A stretch of 64,000 nt of DNA from Methylophilus sp. GTDB taxonomy: Bacteria; Pseudomonadota; Gammaproteobacteria; Burkholderiales; Methylophilaceae. Shown piece after piece: positions 60,738 to 64,000 of this stretch. The notes beneath the pieces are model-generated. The model was given only the letters and a program-made list of their open reading frames with translations, ran no database searches and was not told where the DNA came from. A program made the position numbers and the translations under genes. Every line of letters starts with the position of its first letter. Position 1 is the stretch's first letter. Location: the NCBI RefSeq assembly GCF_008015755.1, contig NZ_SSGF01000002.1, forward strand, positions 60,204 through 124,203. Reading direction: 5' to 3'.

Positions 60738-61387
60738 ACTTGTTCCAGTAACCAGCTGCTTAATGTTGCCACATCGTCAAACAGATAATCTGGCGAATAC
60801 TGCTGTAAATGGCTAGCTGTTTGTGAACCATAACTCACGGCCGCTGTGATGACACCTGCATTCTTGCCCATTTGCATATCATATTGCGAGTCGCCTATCA
60901 TCAGCGTGCGTGCAGGCATCACAACCAGCTCATCCATGAGTTCATCCAGCATTTGCGGATGCGGTTTTGAAAAACATTCGTCCACGGTTTTGGTGGCATT
61001 AAAAAATTTAGACAGCCCGGATAACTGCAAGGCAGCATTTAACCCACGCCGCCCTTTACCCGTTGCCACCGCCTGTTTGCAGCCTGTGCGATCAATCGCA
61101 GCAATGGTGTCTGCAATCCCGCCAAACAACACCATCGTGTTTTCGCCTGCGTAATAATTGCGCTGGTAATGGTTGGCCAGGGCCTGCGCCTGAAACTCTG
61201 GGATATCACCATATAGCACTTCAATCGACTCACGCAAGCCCAAGCCGATGATGCTGCGCGCACGTGCCTCACTTAACGCAGGCAAACCGGCCTCATCAGC
61301 CGCCTTGATCAATGCCTGCGTAATCATCCCGGTAGAGTCGGCAATGGTGCCGTCCCAATCCCATACGACCAAATCAAACTGTTTCAC
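60734..61387 (-). CDS. HAD-IA hydrolase
   Basis: WDWDGTIADS, ATGKGRRGL, SKPHPQML, IGDS. Confidence 0.92.
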   Translation of the reverse strand: MKQFDLVVWDWDGTIADSTGMITQALIKAADEAGLPALSEARARSIIGLGLRESIEVLYGDIPEFQAQALANHYQRNYYAGENTMVLFGGIADTIAAIDRTGCKQAVATGKGRRGLNAALQLSGLSKFFNATKTVDECFSKPHPQMLDELMDELVVMPARTLMIGDSQYDMQMGKNAGVITAAVSYGSQTASHLQQYSPDYLFDDVATLSSWLLEQV

Positions 61388-61419
61388 TGACGCTTTCCTA
61401 ATATAGAGTGCTTAAAGAA

Positions 61420-62538
61420 TTACTTTATCGCCTTAAGTTGACGCTGTTGTTGCAAAAACTGTGCAAGTTCTGCCGGCAATGGCGCCACCAGATGCAAAGG
61501 CTCTCCTGTCAACGGGTGCGCAATACGTGTTTCACTCGAATGCAGAAACATTCTTTTTAAGCCGTGCTTGTTTAACTGCTTGTTTAAGGCAAAGTCGCCA
61601 TACTTGTCATCGCCCAATATAGGAAACCCCAAGTGCGATAACTGCACCCGCAATTGATGCGTGCGGCCAGTGATTAACTTGGCTTGCAAAAAACTGTATT
61701 GTCCGAGCACTTCTTGCAAATAAAACCAGGTTTCAGAGGTTTGAGTCTCTACTTCAAACCGGCCTTTGGCGGCATGCCGTTGCGCGACGATTCCACTGGC
61801 TTTGAGCGACTTGATGCCACCAGGTTCACTATTGAGTAATGGCGCATCCACCACTTGCACCCTGCGCTCGCCACTTTCTGTGACATATTTCTGTAAATCC
61901 AGCGTAACCTTCTTTTTGGCGTCTTGCCATTGCCCTTGCACCAGCATCAAGTAACGCTTATCCATCTGATGATGCCGCATGGCCTCGTGCAGCGCCGTCA
62001 ACGCCGAGCGTTTTTTTGCAATCATTAATACGCCCGAGGTTTCGCGATCCAGCCGATGCACCAGTTCAAGAAACTTGGCTTGTGGGCGCTCCAGACGCAA
62101 TTGCTCTATCACCCCTAAACTAATGCCGCTACCGCCATGCACCGCCATACCAGCTGGTTTATTCAGCGCCAACATGGCATCGTCTTCATAAATCACCTGC
62201 TCAGCCAATTTCGCTCTGATGGCCGGTGCGGCTGGTTTTGCTGCCGCTTCTGCTGTGCGGATAGGCGGCACCCTGACTTCGTCGCCCAATTGCAAACGGT
62301 ATTCGGCGTCGACGCGTTTTTTATTCACGCGCACTTCACCGCTACGCAAAATGCGGTAAATATGACTCTTAGGCACCCCTTTGAGCACTTTGGCCAAAAA
62401 GTTATCCACGCGCTGGGTTTCCGAGGCCTCATCTATGTGCAAATAGCTGACACGGTCACTGGCTGGCTGCGCCTCAGGCGCGTGGCTGGAGGCCGCCGTG
62501 GCTGGCGATAAGGGCAAGGGTCTAAATTGTGAGGTCAT
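61420..62538 (-). CDS. rluC: 23S rRNA pseudouridine synthase C
   Basis: S4 domain, VHRLDRETSG, TGRTHQLRV; divergent from rne. Confidence 0.95.
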   Translation of the reverse strand: MTSQFRPLPLSPATAASSHAPEAQPASDRVSYLHIDEASETQRVDNFLAKVLKGVPKSHIYRILRSGEVRVNKKRVDAEYRLQLGDEVRVPPIRTAEAAAKPAAPAIRAKLAEQVIYEDDAMLALNKPAGMAVHGGSGISLGVIEQLRLERPQAKFLELVHRLDRETSGVLMIAKKRSALTALHEAMRHHQMDKRYLMLVQGQWQDAKKKVTLDLQKYVTESGERRVQVVDAPLLNSEPGGIKSLKASGIVAQRHAAKGRFEVETQTSETWFYLQEVLGQYSFLQAKLITGRTHQLRVQLSHLGFPILGDDKYGDFALNKQLNKHGLKRMFLHSSETRIAHPLTGEPLHLVAPLPAELAQFLQQQRQLKAIK

Positions 62539-63156
62539 AGTTGCAGGTCGTGCTTTGCTTTATCAGGACTTATAGATATACTGTCGAGATTCTGAATCAG
62601 ACATCTTATAGGCTTTCGCAACAATATTGCGATACCGAATCTGAGATGACCGACTATCCCAAGTGCAGATATACGAGTCCTGATTGATGGTCTCGAATCG
62701 ACAGAGTAGCTAGTGCATTCAGAATCAAAAATATTTTGGTGAATACCGCTCGCCATCAAGTAGCGATAATTAATTAGAAATGATTTAACGCGAAGCTCAC
62801 GCAGAATAAACAAAGAAATGAGCTCGGCGTTTGCCAAACCCGAATTTTAACGAAATTACCCTCTGTTTAGGGTTTTATTTTTGCAGTCAATCGCGATGGA
62901 CAAGACAGGTGACAACCTACCTGCCACGCACTCACTGCCCCCTTGCAGAAATCGAGTATCCAGCAGGCAGTCATCCACTGCGCCTTGACACTCAAACCAT
63001 GTGCATATTGATGCCTGCCATGTTGCGCTGATATCCAGCCGCTAGCATCGCAAAAGCCATTGCATATACCCTTCTCGTTAAGTTCTGGTGGTTAATTCAT
63101 AACCACGGCCCGCCCTGCGCTCATGTCTATTCTGTAGCTTCGATCAGGAGCCTTAC

Positions 63157-64000
63157 ATGAAAAGAATGTTGTTTAACGCAACGCAATCAGAAGAATTGCG
63201 CGTTGCGATTGTTGATGGACAAAAACTCATCGACCTCGATATTGAACACGCTGGTAGAGAACAGCGCAAAAGCAATATCTACAAAGGCGTGATTACACGC
63301 ATTGAACCCTCACTTGAAGCTGCGTTTGTCGACTACGGTACTGACAGACACGGCTTTTTGCCTTTTAAGGAAATCGCTCGCAGCTATTTCCAGGACAAAC
63401 CTGAAGGCCGCGCCCGCATTCAGGACGTGATCAAAGAAGGCCAAGAAGTCATCGTTCAGGTAGACAAAGACGAGCGCGGCAGCAAAGGCGCCGCCCTGAC
63501 TACGTTTATCTCACTGGCTGGCCGTTACCTGGTACTGATGCCTAACAACCCCCGTGGCGGTGGTGTTTCACGCCGTGTGGAAGGTGAAGAGCGTAACGAG
63601 TTGCGTGACACCATGGCACAACTGGAAGTGCCTAACGGCATGAGCATTATTGCGCGTACTGCCGGCATTGGCCGTAACGCAGAAGAGCTGCAATGGGATT
63701 TAAACTACTTGTCACAATTGTGGCAAGCGATTGAAGATGCTTCTAACTTTCAGCCTGGCGCTTACCTGATTTATCAGGAAAGCAGCCTGGTAATTCGCGC
63801 CATTCGCGATTACTTTAGCGCTGACATTGGCGAAATCCTGATCGACACCGCAGACGTGCATGAACAAGCCTTGCAGTTCATGAACCACGTGATGCCGGGC
63901 AATGTGACCCGCGTCAAACTGTACCAGGACGAAATCCCACTGTTCTCCCGCTTCCAGATCGAGCATCAGATCGAATCTGCGTTTGCGCGTGAAGTCCGCC
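63157..64000 (+). CDS. rne: Ribonuclease E (5' part, runs off the window; absent from the ORF track)
   Basis: ATG 63157 after an AGGAG RBS gives [48 protein letters not shown]. Confidence 0.96.
   Translation, partial: MKRMLFNATQSEELRVAIVDGQKLIDLDIEHAGREQRKSNIYKGVITRIEPSLEAAFVDYGTDRHGFLPFKEIARSYFQDKPEGRARIQDVIKEGQEVIVQVDKDERGSKGAALTTFISLAGRYLVLMPNNPRGGGVSRRVEGEERNELRDTMAQLEVPNGMSIIARTAGIGRNAEELQWDLNYLSQLWQAIEDASNFQPGAYLIYQESSLVIRAIRDYFSADIGEILIDTADVHEQALQFMNHVMPGNVTRVKLYQDEIPLFSRFQIEHQIESAFAREVR

Noticed and set aside
62831-63031. Short ORFs in the rluC-rne spacer and ORF 138..359
   Set aside because: No RBS or homology cues; 138..359 overlaps the SRP RNA in antisense.

Overview
Core-chromosome window of a methylotrophic betaproteobacterium, probably Methylophilaceae. 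The evidence is the fhcBADC operon, the H4MPT/methanofuran genes orf20/21/22 plus afp/dmrB, and betaproteobacterial gene order. Most of it is housekeeping: ffs-dnaX-ybaB-recR, ompA-mtaD-ubiG-gph, hfq-hflXKC-hisZ-purA, gltX, rimO, rluD/bamD, ndk-rlmN-pilW-rodZ-ispG-hisS-yfgM-bamB-der, sppA, rluC and the 5' part of rne. The main accessory feature is a complete, apparently sedentary integron at about 34.9-40.4 kb. It has an intact IntI, an attI site, 8 intact 58-60 bp attC sites, one internally deleted terminal attC, and 9 cassettes carrying 10 ORFs. Most cassette ORFs encode small envelope proteins I cannot assign, and one cassette carries two genes. A co-oriented block of small accessory genes follows at 28.1-34.8 kb. 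Other notable items are a solo CACAGAG-periodic palindrome, several apparently leaderless genes including dnaX and hisZ, a 17-bp tandem duplication at the intI 3' end, and an EAL-CBS-GGDEF-Cache protein. No tRNA, rRNA, CRISPR array or transposase was seen. Family assignments come from motif recognition only; no database searches were run.
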